A stretch of 64,000 nt of DNA from Carcharhinus longimanus (Eukaryota), in NCBI GenBank assembly GCA_030264375.1, contig JASCQW010000132.1, positions 82,098,231-82,162,230 of the forward strand. The letters are read 5' to 3'. A model generated the notes under the pieces. That model was not told where the DNA came from. It worked only from the letters and a program-made list of their open reading frames with translations, and made no database searches. How positions within the stretch are numbered: the first letter of the stretch is position 1; each line of letters starts with the position of its first letter. Both the position numbers and the translations under genes were made by a program. Positions 14,126 through 27,123 of the stretch are shown piece by piece.

Positions 14126-15307
14126 AGTCTAGGTTTTTGAGAGGTGCCTGGACTGATGTTGCCACAGATCCCCAAGGCAAGAAAACCCCCAAATAAATCA
14201 TTTATTTTCTATTGCTCTCATTCTCCCATATCTCATCATTTATAATTAATGTAAAAATACCGGAGATGCTGTATCTTCACCCACCGCAACCAATGCCTTT
14301 CTTTATCCCTTGTTAATCAGATCCTATTTTCACCTCTTCATACATATGAAGCAATTATTATTTTTCCTCCACATTATCCAGTTTATTTTCCTGTTTTGTT
14401 TTACGTCATTTGACCTCTTTCGCCCCCATCTCTTTACTGCATTGCCTTTATAGGTCTGACAATAGCTTTTGACTCCAACCACATTTCTGATAAATCCTCA
14501 AATCTTGCATGTCCAGCAAAATTTATTAATCTGAAGCCCCTGCATGATAGTTTTATAGCAACCATCTTTTGAAATGGATTGGAGACCATGCCTTTTCACA
14601 TCCAGATAGACTTCATGCAACGTTCTTCATTCTTGCTATCTTAGCCTAGTCATGGAACTTATCCACAACTAATTTCAGTAAGATATAATAATTGAGTTGT
14701 TTCGACAGGAAGATTTTCAATGTCAATGGGCTGAAAGCCGAGACTAAGGTGACCTGCCAGCAAATCCATGACTTACAATATGCTGTGTAGTTGTGACCCA
14801 CACTGCAAGTGATATGTAGACCACCACAATATCAACAAGGCCAAAATCCTTTTTTTAAAATCAGCCCACCCCAATCATTTTCTAAGTTCAGGTTTAGACC
14901 ACAAACATCAGGTCTCATTTACCCATCACTTAAGCAAAAAAGTAGATTTTACAATTTACGTCTGTTTTCAAAGCCCTCTGTGCCTCACCCCTTCCTATCT
15001 CTAACCCCACAACAGGATAAACTGCAAGTTTGGAGCAGGGCACATTTTTGAATAAGCTTAAGTTTAGGAACTTTCCTGATTTTTTGGGGAAGGTTAGTTT
15101 TTAAAAAACACGATAAATCTGCTTCAAGTCACACCGTTTAACCATTTAAAACACAATATGTTGCGGTAAAATGAAGCTAATGCCTTGTTAGACAAATGGC
15201 ATCATTTTACAACACACTAATCAAAATAGGCACTTGCGTTATCAGCTGCTTTGAAAACAAAAGTAAATGCAAAAATTTTTTAGTTTCACATTTCACATGC
15301 CTACATT

Positions 15308-15366
15308 AACCATATTATGGTACTTGCCCAATTTTATATTTACCATATATGGTACTTCCCCAATTT
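15308..15366 (+). repeat. Short tandem duplication (~32-bp period)
   Basis: ACCATATTATGGTACTTGCCCAATTT / ACCATATATGGTACTTCCCCAATTT. Confidence 0.75.
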
Positions 15367-15764
15367 GTTTTTGCACGTCAACATCAAATCTCAAAAGCTG
15401 TCAAGGTGCTAGGGTGACTGTCGCAAGCTGTAATCAGAGTAACTGTAAATACTCTAGGTAGACACATAACTGTCTTGTAAAGTGTAAAGGTTGGACAAAT
15501 GCCAACACAAGTACCGGACACAGCTGTTACATTAGCCTCTGTTGCCAAGCAAGCCCAGTACTTCTCTACCTCAGCCCCAGTGTTTCAGAACTAAATTAGG
15601 AGAAAATTCACTAAAAAATAATCAGAGCTGGCAGTACTTAAATGCCACTTTACTGTAAGATTACTATATCAGGGCTCATAATAAATGATGCACCACTGGA
15701 ATAGTGAAGCCCAATTACTTCCACAGACACCCATAAAAGCCCTTTTGGAATCAAAAAGATACAT

Positions 15765-16230
15765 TCATTTACAGGACTTGGGTGCTACTGGCCAGGGCAG
15801 CATTAATTGCCCATCTCCAGTTGCCCTGAGATGGTGAGCTGCATTCCTAAACTACTTCAGTCCCTCATGTGTAGATATACTCAGTACTGTTATGGAAGGA
15901 GTTCAAGAACTTTTGACCCAGCAACTGTGAAAAAATTATAATATATTTTGAAATCAGGATGTGAGTGGCTTGGAGGGAAACTTGCAAGTGTTGTTTCCTT
16001 GTATCTGCTGCCCTTGTCCTTCTAGATGGTAGTGGTCGCGCATTTGGAAGGAGCCTTGGTGACATCCTGCAGTGCATCTTCAAAATGGTACACACTGCTG
16101 CCACTTTTCTTCAGTGAAGAGAGTGAACATTTGTGGAAGGGATGCTGATCAAGTAGGCTGCTGTGTCCTGGATGGTGTCGAACTTCATTTGCACTCATCC
16201 AGGCAAAATGGAGAATATTCCATCACACTA
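15765..16230 (-). mobile_element. LINE 3'-end family copy (CR1-group)
   Basis: Homologous to 6470-6890 and 32140-32720. Confidence 0.6.
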
Positions 16231-17749
16231 AAGCATATTTTACCAGCACAATTGAAAGACATGCAAATACTGAAGGCTAGGGATTCAAACAACTCTCCAA
16301 GATCTATGATGACAAGTACTAGATAAGTGAATGTTGCCCCACGGAAGCTGCTGCCTTTCAAGTGAAAAATTAGATAGGCATAAAGGATCTCATTCTACTA
16401 CATGAGAAATATGTGAGTTCTTCCTGTTCAATTTTTATTCCTAAATATCAGTGAAAAACAAGTAGATAATATGGTCAATATATTGTTCTTTGAGAGATAG
16501 TGATGTGTACAAAATGGTATCCACATTTCCTATACTGCAAAAATAATTCACTGGCTGGAAAGTGCTTTGGGACATGAAGTCATGAAACATGTTCAATATA
16601 TTAAAGTCCGTTTTCCTTTAAAACTTTTCAGAAGCAGCAGCTTCCCAACACAACACTGTACTAAACATTTTACAAAAATAGTGCAAACATAACTTGTGAC
16701 AATAAACTAACCATTATGTTTTTAATTTTTATAGGTCCAAAGATGTGTAAGAAATGGCATCCACAGTTTAAAATTTTTGTTTCTATTAATTTTCGTATGT
16801 TTTAAATTTCTAGCCTCAAGTCCTGATTTAGGACATAGTACAGTTTCGGTGACTATGGTGAATCCTTCACAGAAGGAAAATTAAAACAGGAAAACTTACA
16901 AAAATAAGCACAAAAAAGGGACCAAGTTGTCTGGGTTAAGGGATTATCATGACATAACATTACTACACATGCGGCACAGAGCCCCTAGGTTCAAACAGCA
17001 CTGCAGCAGAGACTAGAGTATTAAAAAACACTTCCATCTGTACCAGACATCTTAGGAACCCAGAACTTAGCATAAAACTTTTGGCAATTCATACAGTATC
17101 TATTTATAGCCTTAATCCTGGAACAAGGGGAAATCCTCTCTGATGTGAGGAGGATAACTGCTTCCATCCCCCAAATGATGAATTGGCAACAGCATAAAAG
17201 CATTCTTTTAGAACTTCAGATTGGCACTTAACTGGGACAAAATTGTGATTTAATTGGTGGGAGGAAGGGGAAGGAAGGAAGAAAGAAAGGAAGAGAGAAA
17301 ATTCAAATGGAGCCATTAGGTCAGTTTACTTTTTGGTGGCTTTACACCACCCAACTACATTGAATGACTGGTTTCCAGATGCGCTATATTACAGAAAGGA
17401 ATATTCTCCCCGGCCTCAAAATTGGTTCCACTCTTCTCACTAAGACAACTTTAGAAAAATTGCCTTGATACTAAACATTTGGTCACATCACGTACTAATG
17501 CAAGTAAACAGGCACATTTTGAAATCTAACAATTAAGCATACTGTATATCTAAAATTCCATCAAAGACTTACTGAATATCTTCCTCCAGTTATAAGAAAC
17601 TGTACTTAAATTTCAAGCTACATTTATCAATGCTTTGGGTATAACTGCTCAATAGTGGTATCAAATAAACCACGTCAGAATAACGAGCTAGTCTAGATGT
17701 AGGCATGCCGCAGCCATCACCAAACGAAGCATCAAACAGACTTGAATTG

Positions 17750-18285
17750 TTTTCAGATGCTGCCAGATCACCTGAGTTTCGTTTCAGATTCCAGCATCTG
17801 TGGTATTTTGATGTTTTTGTACCAATATCTGATGATCATGGACAAAATCATGGTTAATAGACCAATCTGTGAAGGTTTTTGCCATTTAGGGNNNNNNNNN
17901 NNNNNNNNNNNNNNNNNNNNNNNNNNNNNNNNNNNNNNNNNNNNNNNNNNNNNNNNNNNNNNNNNNNNNNNNNNNNNNNNNNNNNNNNNNNCCATTTAGG
18001 GGCTAGGCAGATATGCAGAGTGATTTGAAAGTATAAAGAAAATATGACAATGGTGGATAACTCTGGGGTTTATGTTGTTTCATCTTATAGTGTGAAGACT
18101 AACGTTAAATATTTAACTAGAACATTAGAGGACAAATGGTGCAAGAGCAGAGGACAAGGAGTATGCGGAGATAAAAGCAAAATACTGCGGATATAACAAA
18201 ACAAAATGCTGGAAAATCTCAGCAGGTCTGACAGCATTTGTGAGGAGAGAATAGAGCTGTTGAGACTCTATGACCCTTTGTCACA
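17750..18285. mobile_element. Two Penelope-like terminal fragments in opposite orientation around an N gap
   Basis: 17750-17815 (CAGATGCTGCCAGA..CAGATTCCAGCATCTG) and 18170-18285 (AAATGCTGGAAAATCTCAGCAGGTCTGACAGCAT). Confidence 0.5.
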
Positions 18286-20310
18286 GCGTGCGGAGACATT
18301 GTGTGTGAAGCCTAATGCTAAGCCTTGTACTATACATGGTTAAAATAACTTTTAAAGGAAGTTAAAAGTTTACCAAATGCTTTGTTTCTGCAGTCTCTTG
18401 CCAATCATAACCAAGGACAATCAAAATTGAGATCAAAATGGTAACAGAAACATTAGTTAGTCTCCTGCTTCTTTTTCAAATGTTGATACATCCATTTGAC
18501 TGCTTAATTTCTTAACTGCTTTCAGAATGGTTTGGTTTATCTCACTGCGCAGGTTGTTGACTTGCATAGCCTTGTTGATCAGATCCATGACCTCAGCAGC
18601 CTTTTTTTGGGGATCACAGATTATCCTGCTTTTTTTGCTTATTTGGTATTTCTTCAAATTCACATGTTAACACATTGTGGGTATATCTATGAAAAGTAAC
18701 AGAGGTAAAGCAACGTTACCACCATCTGGCCTCTCCTTGACTCAGTTCCTTTCTTACCATCACTGCCTGGGCAGCTCTCCCACTCCACCCTGATTCAAGT
18801 ATTAAAACCATTGGCATGGCTTCAATTTCTATGGGGGGAGCAGAGGTGGAGTAAGTGAAGTTACTGGCTTTAGCTCAGCAGAGGGGAGCAGTGTCCTGGA
18901 TCTTGGTGAGTAAATAATTTCAGTGTCAGATTTAGGGATCCATTACCTGGAAAATTCTAAATCAGAAAAAGGTGCAAAGCTGATCACAAACCCACTTGAA
19001 GAAATGCAGGTTGAACCTGCTCATCTCCAGAAACTTTGTCCACAGCTAGGGTTCAGAAGGAGGAAATGGCAAGCAGGAGAATCAGGGAGAGGGAGGTTCA
19101 GTGTGAGGGTGGATCAACATGAGGATGGGATACAGATTCTGCAAGTTGGAGAGACAGCAAAAGAAAGGATCCGTAATGACCAAAAGCAGCAGAGAGCAGG
19201 ATGTACGCTGAATGGCAGGAAAGAGGCTGAGAGAGCAGGATCAGCTGCGAGTGGGAGCCAAGTCACAATATTTCTTTATAAAGTTTAAAAATATTTAATA
19301 TAGGAGTTTAGCAATGTGAAGCACTCCAACTTGAGGACTGAACCTTTTTCCTGACAAGCAAGATCGTACAGAACCTAACTACAGCTTTTATATTCTTGGG
19401 AAAATGTGATTTGCTTAGTTGCAATTTTCAGGAATATGACCTCGACTTCTAAGCGAGGACTTGCTGTACAAGCAACTAACTCTGACTTGAAGAAAGTCCA
19501 TCGCTAGAGAAAATCCCAAAAATGACTTTGGCTGTGGAATTTATGCAAACTAATTAGGAGTGAAGTGGTCTTCATCAGGTCTGTCACATTTGCTAGAGCA
19601 AGACAACCATGTGAATTATGAACTATTCTTTTGCTTATAACATGTAGAAGTGAATATTCTCTCCAGTTCAACTTTCCCAAGTAAGCCTTGAGGCTGCATA
19701 TCATGGAATATGAATAAATAGGAAAATGGGTGCCCGATTCATGCACAGCATGCTTACTGATTATGAAAGTTGGGAAAGGGGGATTTTAGCTGTTCTGACA
19801 CCAGTCTCTAACATGTTCTCAATTCTGTTTCCAGACTTGAAAACCCTTTGCCATAGCCAAAGATCTTTAACATCCAGCGTCATATTCTCACTTTTCTTCA
19901 CAACTGAAGTCAAATTTATTCTTCCCCCTCATCTAGTAAAGCCATGCTGTCTTTACTTGCTTTTTACATCCACAAAAGTATTTTACACTTTTTTCAAATT
20001 TTTAAAGAAATTTCTAGTCACTTGAAGACAGTGGAGCTTGGAATACTTTCCATTTTAATACTTTATCAACACCAATTCAGCTCATCATTACTAGGATTAT
20101 TTACGTTCCCACTTATTCAAAAGGAGCTTATATTCACGTAGCATCTTTAATATAATAAAAATTCCCAAGTGCTTCAAATGAATATTGTAAAATAAAATGA
20201 CACCAATTCACTGAGGAGATAACAGATCCAAAGATTTGATTAAACAGGTAGGTTTTAAAGGGTATTTTATTGGAGGAAAGAAGGGGCAGAGAGATAGAGA
20301 GAATTCCAAA

Positions 20311-20600
20311 GAACATAAGAAATCAGAGCAGGAGTAGGCCATCTAGCCCTTCAAGCCTGCCCCGCCATTCAATAAGATCATGGCTNNNNNNNNNNNNNNN
20401 NNNNNNNNNNNNNNNNNNNNNNNNNNNNNNNNNNNNNNNNNNNNNNNNNNNNNNNNNNNNNNNNNNNNNNNNNNNNNNNNNNNNNTCCCTCTGCACCGTA
20501 GCATGCTGCAGCTTTTCGCCTTTTAAATAATAATCTCTCCTACTATTATTTCTGCCAAAGTGGATAACCTCACACTTGCTAACATTATACTCCACCTGCC
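20311..20600 (-). mobile_element. Young CR1 3' fragment (contains N gap)
   Basis: MEYNVSKCEVIHFGRNN motif; tail GAACATAAGAAAT..AGGAGTAGGCC. Confidence 0.85.
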
Positions 20601-21161
20601 TAGAATCTAGAGCTTAGAGACTAGGCAACCGAGGTGCAGCAACCAAAGTTAGGGAAGCTCAACAGGCTAAATGTAGATGAATATATATGGGAGGGCTGAG
20701 GCTAGAAGAGATTACAGAGATAGATCATAGAGGGATACAAAAACAAAGATCAGAATTTTTAAAACTGAGAAGTTGTTTGACTGGGAGCCAATGTAGGTTA
20801 GTGAGCACAGCGTGCTCGGTGAATGGGAGGGTACGAGTTAGAACATGAACAAGTGTTTTAGTTGGCCTCAAATTTAGAGGGTATAATGTTGGAGACCAGC
20901 CAGGAGTGCACTTGAATAGGCGAGTATTGAGGTAACAACAGGCATGCTTTTTGTTTAAAAATAGACAAGATGCATGAAGTTGGGTGATGTTTATGGAGGT
21001 GGAACTAGGCAGTCTTACTGATGTCATGAACATGGAAGCAGAACTTCACCTCATGGTGAAATATGACAACAAAGTTGCAAACTGACTAGCTTAGAGATTG
21101 TTGCCACCGAGTGGCATAAAGTTAGTCAATGGAACAGAGTTTAGTGTGTTTCTGAAACAAA

Positions 21162-21472
21162 GGGCGGCATGGGGGCACAAGGTTAGTGCTGCTGCCTCTC
21201 AGTGCCAGGGACCTGGGTTCAATTCCAACCTCAGGTGAATGTGTATTTCACATTTGTCCCGTGTCTGTGTGGGTTACCTCCAGGCGCTCCAATTTCCTCC
21301 CACAGTCCAAAGATGTGCAGGTTAAATTGAACTGCCATGCTAAATTGATCCTTTGTGTCAGAGGGGTTAGCAGGGTAAATACATGGAGTTATAGGGAAAG
21401 GGCCAGGGTGGGATTGTCGTCAGTGCTGGCTCGACTGGCCGAACGACGACCTTCTGCACTGTAGGGATTCTA
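21162..21472 (+). mobile_element. Near full-length HE1 SINE (V-SINE)
   Basis: tRNA head (GGGCGGCATGG..GGTTAG..GGGTTCAATTCC), V-domain (TTTCCTCCCACAGTCCAAAGATGTGCAGG), tail CTTCTGCACTGTAGGGATTCTA. Confidence 0.85.
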
Positions 21473-23342
21473 CAGGTTTCAGTCTAACCAATATTTAAAT
21501 TGGGTGTTGGCCGAGTAATCTGATAATTTAGGAGTAATAGAGGTGTTGAGAGAAATGGTGGGGAGATGGAACTGGGAATCACCAGTTTACACATGAAAGC
21601 TAATGCTATGCTGTTGGTTTCACTGCAGAGCAACATATAGATGAGAAAAAGATGACAAAGATAGATCCTTGGAGTACTCCAGAGATAATAGGTGAAGGAG
21701 CAGGATGAGAAGCCATTGAAGGCGATTTTCTGGCTACAATTCAATAGATACAATAGAATCGTGCAAGAGAGATCCCACCCAGCTAGAAGAAAAGATAAGA
21801 TGTTGGAGGAGGGTGGTGTGGTTAACTGTGACAAAGTTTCCTGCAGGTCAAGATGAGAAAGTTTCTCTTTTTCATAGCCACACAGGATGTCACTTGTGAC
21901 TTTTAAAATAGCCAGCACAATACTGTGGCAGGGGCACAAACCCCAGAGCTCCAGAAAAGATGGGAATGGATAACACATTCTAGGACTTGAAGAAAGAGTA
22001 ATATTTTAGGAGAAAGGTGGGGTTGAGGATAACAGAGGTTATGTTAATCAGCAATCATGAGATTTTCATCTTCATGCAGACTGGATGAATCAAATATGCA
22101 AAAACAGCATGGAGTGTGATTTCATAACAGCATGTTCAAGACAGTTTCTTATAACAATGTGTCCTGGAGTCAACCAGCAAACCAACTATATTAGACCTGG
22201 AAATACAAAATGAGACAGGATTAATGATTTCATAGTAAAGAATCCTTTAAGGATGAGAAATTTGGATCTGAAACTAGCATCTTAAACTTAAATAAAGCTA
22301 ATTACAATGGCACGAGGACAGAGACAAAGACAAATGGGTTAAATGATAGTAAAGAAACAGAAACAACAGATGCAACAACTCATCTAAATTAAGCCCACAA
22401 TCTTCTCAAAAGAACGTACCTCAAAATTAAACAGGAGGGTGGAATAAGGAGCTAACAACATACACTTTGTTAACTATTTGTACATCCATGCAGTCTCGAG
22501 ACAAACTTGTCAAGAATCACATTCATGAGTTCTCTAGCCTCAACCTTGTTGGACATGTGGGCAAAAGAAACAAGAAAAAAAGTGTTCTGTACTTTTCAGA
22601 ATCTCTGTTCAAAATTCAGAAGGTGTTCCATATTTATAAGTGAATAAATAATTCCATGGTGAACGTTTATGGAAATGGAATGGTTCAAATACCAAAAAAG
22701 CTCAAGTCAAAATGAAGCTATGATGGTATAGGAAGAAGAAAACCTAATTTCTCCAGCACAATTGACTGTACAAATATTTTCCATCTCTCTACCGAACACA
22801 TCTGCATCTTCAGATTTTTCACAGATGTGTCTTAGCTCTTATTTTCACCAAGGTAGTCTGGATATCAAGCTAGGTTTCACAAAACAACCTTATGAAGGAA
22901 ATAAAACAAAAGTAATACAGAAAGAGAGCAGATAAATGTGAAGACTATTCACTCATGGATACATGGGTGATCAAATCATTAAACATGATAGAGCAGGTTG
23001 GGATTAATAAGGCAACGAGATCTTGGATTATGTAAATAGCGGCAGAGTACAAAAGCAAACAAATGATGAAGAACTTGCGTAAAACACTGGTTTGACCACA
23101 ACTTAATGCCGGTTTCAATTGAGTGCCATCCTTGAGGAACGCTGCAAAGGCTTCAGAGAGGACGCAGAGAAAATTTACTAGAATTATTCCAGGATGAAGA
23201 CAATGTTTTCATCAATCTCATGCCTGTCAAGGCCCACCTGCTCCATCATAGTTATGCATCATACATCAATGCATGGAAGGATCATTGCTTTGTTAAATGT
23301 TATCCTTTGGATAACGCATTAAAACTATGCACCCATCCACAT

Positions 23343-23995
23343 TGGTGGCACAAAGGTTAGCACTGCTGCCTTTCAGTGCCAAGGACTACATGAAGCAACT
23401 GCAATTGAATTGGTTTGCCAGAACACTATCACAAGTAGACATGCAACTAAATAGTAACTCTGGTCAGGTAGGCCTTACCCTGGTTTATACAAATTATAAT
23501 TCAATTGGCTAAATTACATGTTTAAATCTCAAGACAAAGATCCAGCAATGACTCTTGTTGCTCAATTTTTCATATGCAGGAAAGAAATGTCTGAGGTAGT
23601 GNNNNNNNNNAATGACTACTATAGAATGAGTAAGGGATAACCTAGCACAACTCAGGTTAATCGGGTTCAAGGGAAAAACCTCAAGTGGCTGAAGTCATGC
23701 CCAAACAAAATGTTAGTTCTGATTTGAACTCCAGTGGCCAATCCATTAATCAGCAATTGCAAATTGCAACATCTTTAGCTACTTCAATGACTTGATTGCC
23801 ACTTGGATCACTGTCTGTGTGGAGTGTGCACATTCTGTGCATCTGCGTGGGTCTCCTCTGGTTTCCTCCCACAATCTGAAAGACATAGTTAGGTGCATTG
23901 ACCTGAACAGGCACCAGAGTGTGGCAACAAAGGGAGTTTCATAGTAACTTCATTGCAGTGTTAATGCAAGCCTTACTTGTGACTAATAAATAAAA
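23343..23995 (+). mobile_element. V-SINE split in two (23343-23385 and ~23794-23995)
   Basis: Head ends at GCCAAGGAC; body resumes GATTGCCACTTGGATCACTGTCTGTGTGGAG and runs to the CTAATAAATAAA tail. Confidence 0.75.
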
Positions 23996-24855
23996 CAAAC
24001 ATTATCCTCAAGCGGACATGAGATCTATAGGCTCTATTTGAAATAAAGCAGGACGCTTGCTTAACATTATGCCTAATATTCATTCTTCAAACTACACAAG
24101 CAAAAAAAAATGGGTTTTGTTCCTGGGTTCTTGTGCTCAAATTAGAATAATGGAATTGTACAACTCAGGAGGGGGTCTTTGAAAGAGTTGTTCCATTTGG
24201 TGCCATACTTGTGCTTTTCCTCTAATCATGGCAGATTAATCCCCTGTAGGTAAATGTCCAATTGCTTTTCGAAAGCAAATTAGCAAAAGTTGTTGTATCA
24301 TTGATTTATTGGGAATCAAAGCATAGTTAAGAAAAGAGACATATGACCGAAGTGGAGAAAACAAAAAAAAAGGACCTAATGCCTGCTTTTGAGGAAAGAC
24401 AGACCACTATGCTTTCAGGTGAAGAAGTTTCATACAAATTCAGTGCTACATGAAGCAACTGCAATTGAATTGGTTTGCCAGAACACTACCAACACAAGCA
24501 GACACACAACAGATCATCATCATCTCTGGTCAGGTAGTCTTACCCTAGTTTATACAAATTATAATTCAATTGGCTAAATTACATGTTTAAATCTCAAGAC
24601 AAAAGATCCAGCAATGATACCTGTTGCTCAATTCTTCATATGCAGAAAGGGAAAAGAAAATGAGGTAGTGAAATTAAATGACAACTACAGAATGAGTAAG
24701 GGATAACCTAGCACAACTGAGGTTAATAGAGTTCAAGGGAAAAACCTTATGTGGCTGAAGTCGTGCCCAAAATGTTAGTTCTGGCCACTGGAGTTCAAAT
24801 CAATCTGTTAATCAACAGTTGTAAAATGCAACATCTTTAACTACTTCAATAACTT
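23386..24855 (+). repeat. Dispersed direct duplication of ~408 bp (23386-23793 vs 24446-24855)
   Basis: Long shared blocks such as CTACATGAAGCAACTGCAATTGAATTGGTTTGCCAGAACACTA and TTTATACAAATTATAATTCAATTGGCTAAATTACATGTTTAAATCTCAAGACAAA. Confidence 0.92.
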
Positions 24856-26865
24856 CCCTCCTCTCTTTTATTTACACTGATAATTCCAGTGTTTAGTTCT
24901 ATTTATTCAATAATAAATGTTGAAAGTTGCCTAGGTCCTGCTGTATGTAGACATTGATTGCTTTATGCTACAGAAATACTAAACATTAATGACTTTACAA
25001 AAGACTTAAAAGATGGGAAAGGGCTCTTATCCAACTTCAGGATAGAATCATAATTAGCTAAGGGCTCTCTGCATCAGCACTGTGAAAGGCAGAGTAACTA
25101 CAATGTCAGCTAGTCAAATCAAGGAAGGAAAACAGAATTTTCTAGCACTTTTCACAACTTGTACTTAAATAGAACCTTTTAAGATAATAAAACTTCAAGG
25201 CACTTCAACTACAGGATATTTCAAATTAATTTACAGCCAATGAAGTACCAGTGCTCGGTTCAAGGTACATCAGCTGCGTAATGGAACACTCACCACTCGC
25301 ACGGATCATTTAGCCACTATGGGATTTGAGAGCTTGACACTATCCAGGAATAGAGCACCTCACCAGTGGGCACAGCATTCATCCCTCCAGCAGGGGTACA
25401 CTGCAGCTGCATCATACAATCTTTATAGGGGGCACTACAGAAATTTACCAAGTTTACTTCAACACCTCCAAGTTTCCAACAATCAGGAAACAACAAATGT
25501 CAAAATGCCATTCCAGACACTATTTTCATTTCTCGTGCGCTCACTATCCTTTCATAACTTCTGGAATCCTAGAATTCACCACCCAACAAAAAGCACTATA
25601 ATTCAAAGAGACAGGCTGCCAACATCTTTGCTCTATAACTAGAGATGGATACAAAATGTGACCTTGCCAACATATTTCAAACATATGTAAAAAGGATAAT
25701 TTTTAAATAGATTTAGAGAGAATAACCATGGGAATAATGTTGTATCAAGACAATGTTTTATAGTCTTCAAAATTTTATGTCAATGAATTATGTAGAAGAT
25801 GTACACAGACCACAGGGCAGTTAGCTAAAAAGAAACTTCCACTCAGATGCATAAAAAAAAGGGGCAGAGCCACCAGTGAGAGGCAGATGCATACGAATCC
25901 ACAAAAAGACAAGAAACATGCACGTACAAAAAACCTTATTTTTCTATTTGGGTTCACTAACAAGATAGGGAAAGTTTCCAACAGGCTGGCTGTGATCTTA
26001 CCACTAGGACACTACTGACATCTGTCAGAGCAATCCAAACTTAAGAGGATACCCATTTCTAAACCATGTGACAAGTAATTGGTGCTTGATTTAGTACAAG
26101 CCACTGAAACAAATACACTTCCATTGAATTTCATCAATGAAAAGGAAGAAACTTGCATTTAAGAGTGCCTCCCTCTCGTACATCAGGACATTCTTAAGTA
26201 CTGCAAGAGAAATTAAGTATATAAATGCAACTGCCTTTTATTTCACAAACCAATCAGAACAACTATTAAATAACTAAAATACAAAAGTATGAAAATATCC
26301 CCTTGCAGGATATTGCACTTCTGCTCACTTCAATAAAAACATTGCGGTGTTTTGCAGACCTTCACAATGTAACACTATTTTTTGAGTGACAGATTACAGA
26401 TGCTGAGAACTCATTCACTTTGATTTCAAATCCAACAAGATACGTTGCAAAAAGAGTTGTTACTGCATGGTAAGCTGTTTTACATGCCTGTACATTTTGA
26501 ATTTCTCCCATCTCTGCCTAATGGTCAAATGATGCTGACAGCTTTCCCACAGATAGGCTGATCAGTTGACATTTGAAAATCTGAAAATTTTTAACTCTAG
26601 GTATTTTATGTTATTTTCCTCTTCACAAGACTAAAATGTTGCATTCATCATAGAAAGTAAGTGTTAGGGTGGATTGCAACATTTTGATCTTTTAATGAAT
26701 TTTGCTTGAAATCAAAATCTTTTACACCATAATACTTTTCACATCTTCATGTTCAATGATTAGTACAGAGAATGGCCATAATACTCAATAACGCTATTAT
26801 GCCAATCACACCAACCTCTTTTCCATTAATAATCCCATTTATCATATACATGCCCCCAAACTCAA

Positions 26866-27123
26866 TTAAGTTTATTTATTAGTCACAAAGCAGGCTTACA
26901 TTAACACTGCAGTGAAGTTACTGTGAAATTCTCCTAGTTGCTGCACTGACACCTGTTCAGATCAATGCAACTAATCTAACCAGCATATCTGTGGGAGGAA
27001 ACCTGCAGAGACATGAGGAGAACATACAAACTCCATACGGACAGTGACCCAAGCTGAGAATCAAATCCAGGTCCCTGGGAGTGGCACGGTGGCAGTAATT
27101 AGCACTGCTGCCTCACAGCGCCA
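26866..27123 (-). mobile_element. V-SINE with inverted 5' head
   Basis: Tail-to-body on the minus strand 26866-27078; the 42-bp head is on the plus strand at 27079-27120. Confidence 0.8.

Larger units (their letters stand above)
20135..22030 (-). mobile_element. L2 LINE remnant interrupted by a CR1 and a HE1 SINE
   Basis: ORF 20725-21033 contains HAVLTNLHWLPVKQLLSFK (L2 LHWLP motif); L2-like sequence resumes on both sides of each insertion. Confidence 0.75.

Noticed and set aside
18941-18970. Possible intronic ratchet site TTTTCCAG|GTAATG on the minus strand
   Set aside because: Pyrimidine tract is interrupted by an upstream AG; such matches are expected by chance in long introns.
21162-21235. 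tRNA-like sequence (also at 7440, 23343, 27079)
   Set aside because: SINE heads followed by V-domain bodies; no full cloverleaf.
23327-24577. Two ORFs sharing the C-terminus LTLVYTNYNSIG as a gene family
   Set aside because: By-product of the non-coding 408-bp duplication.
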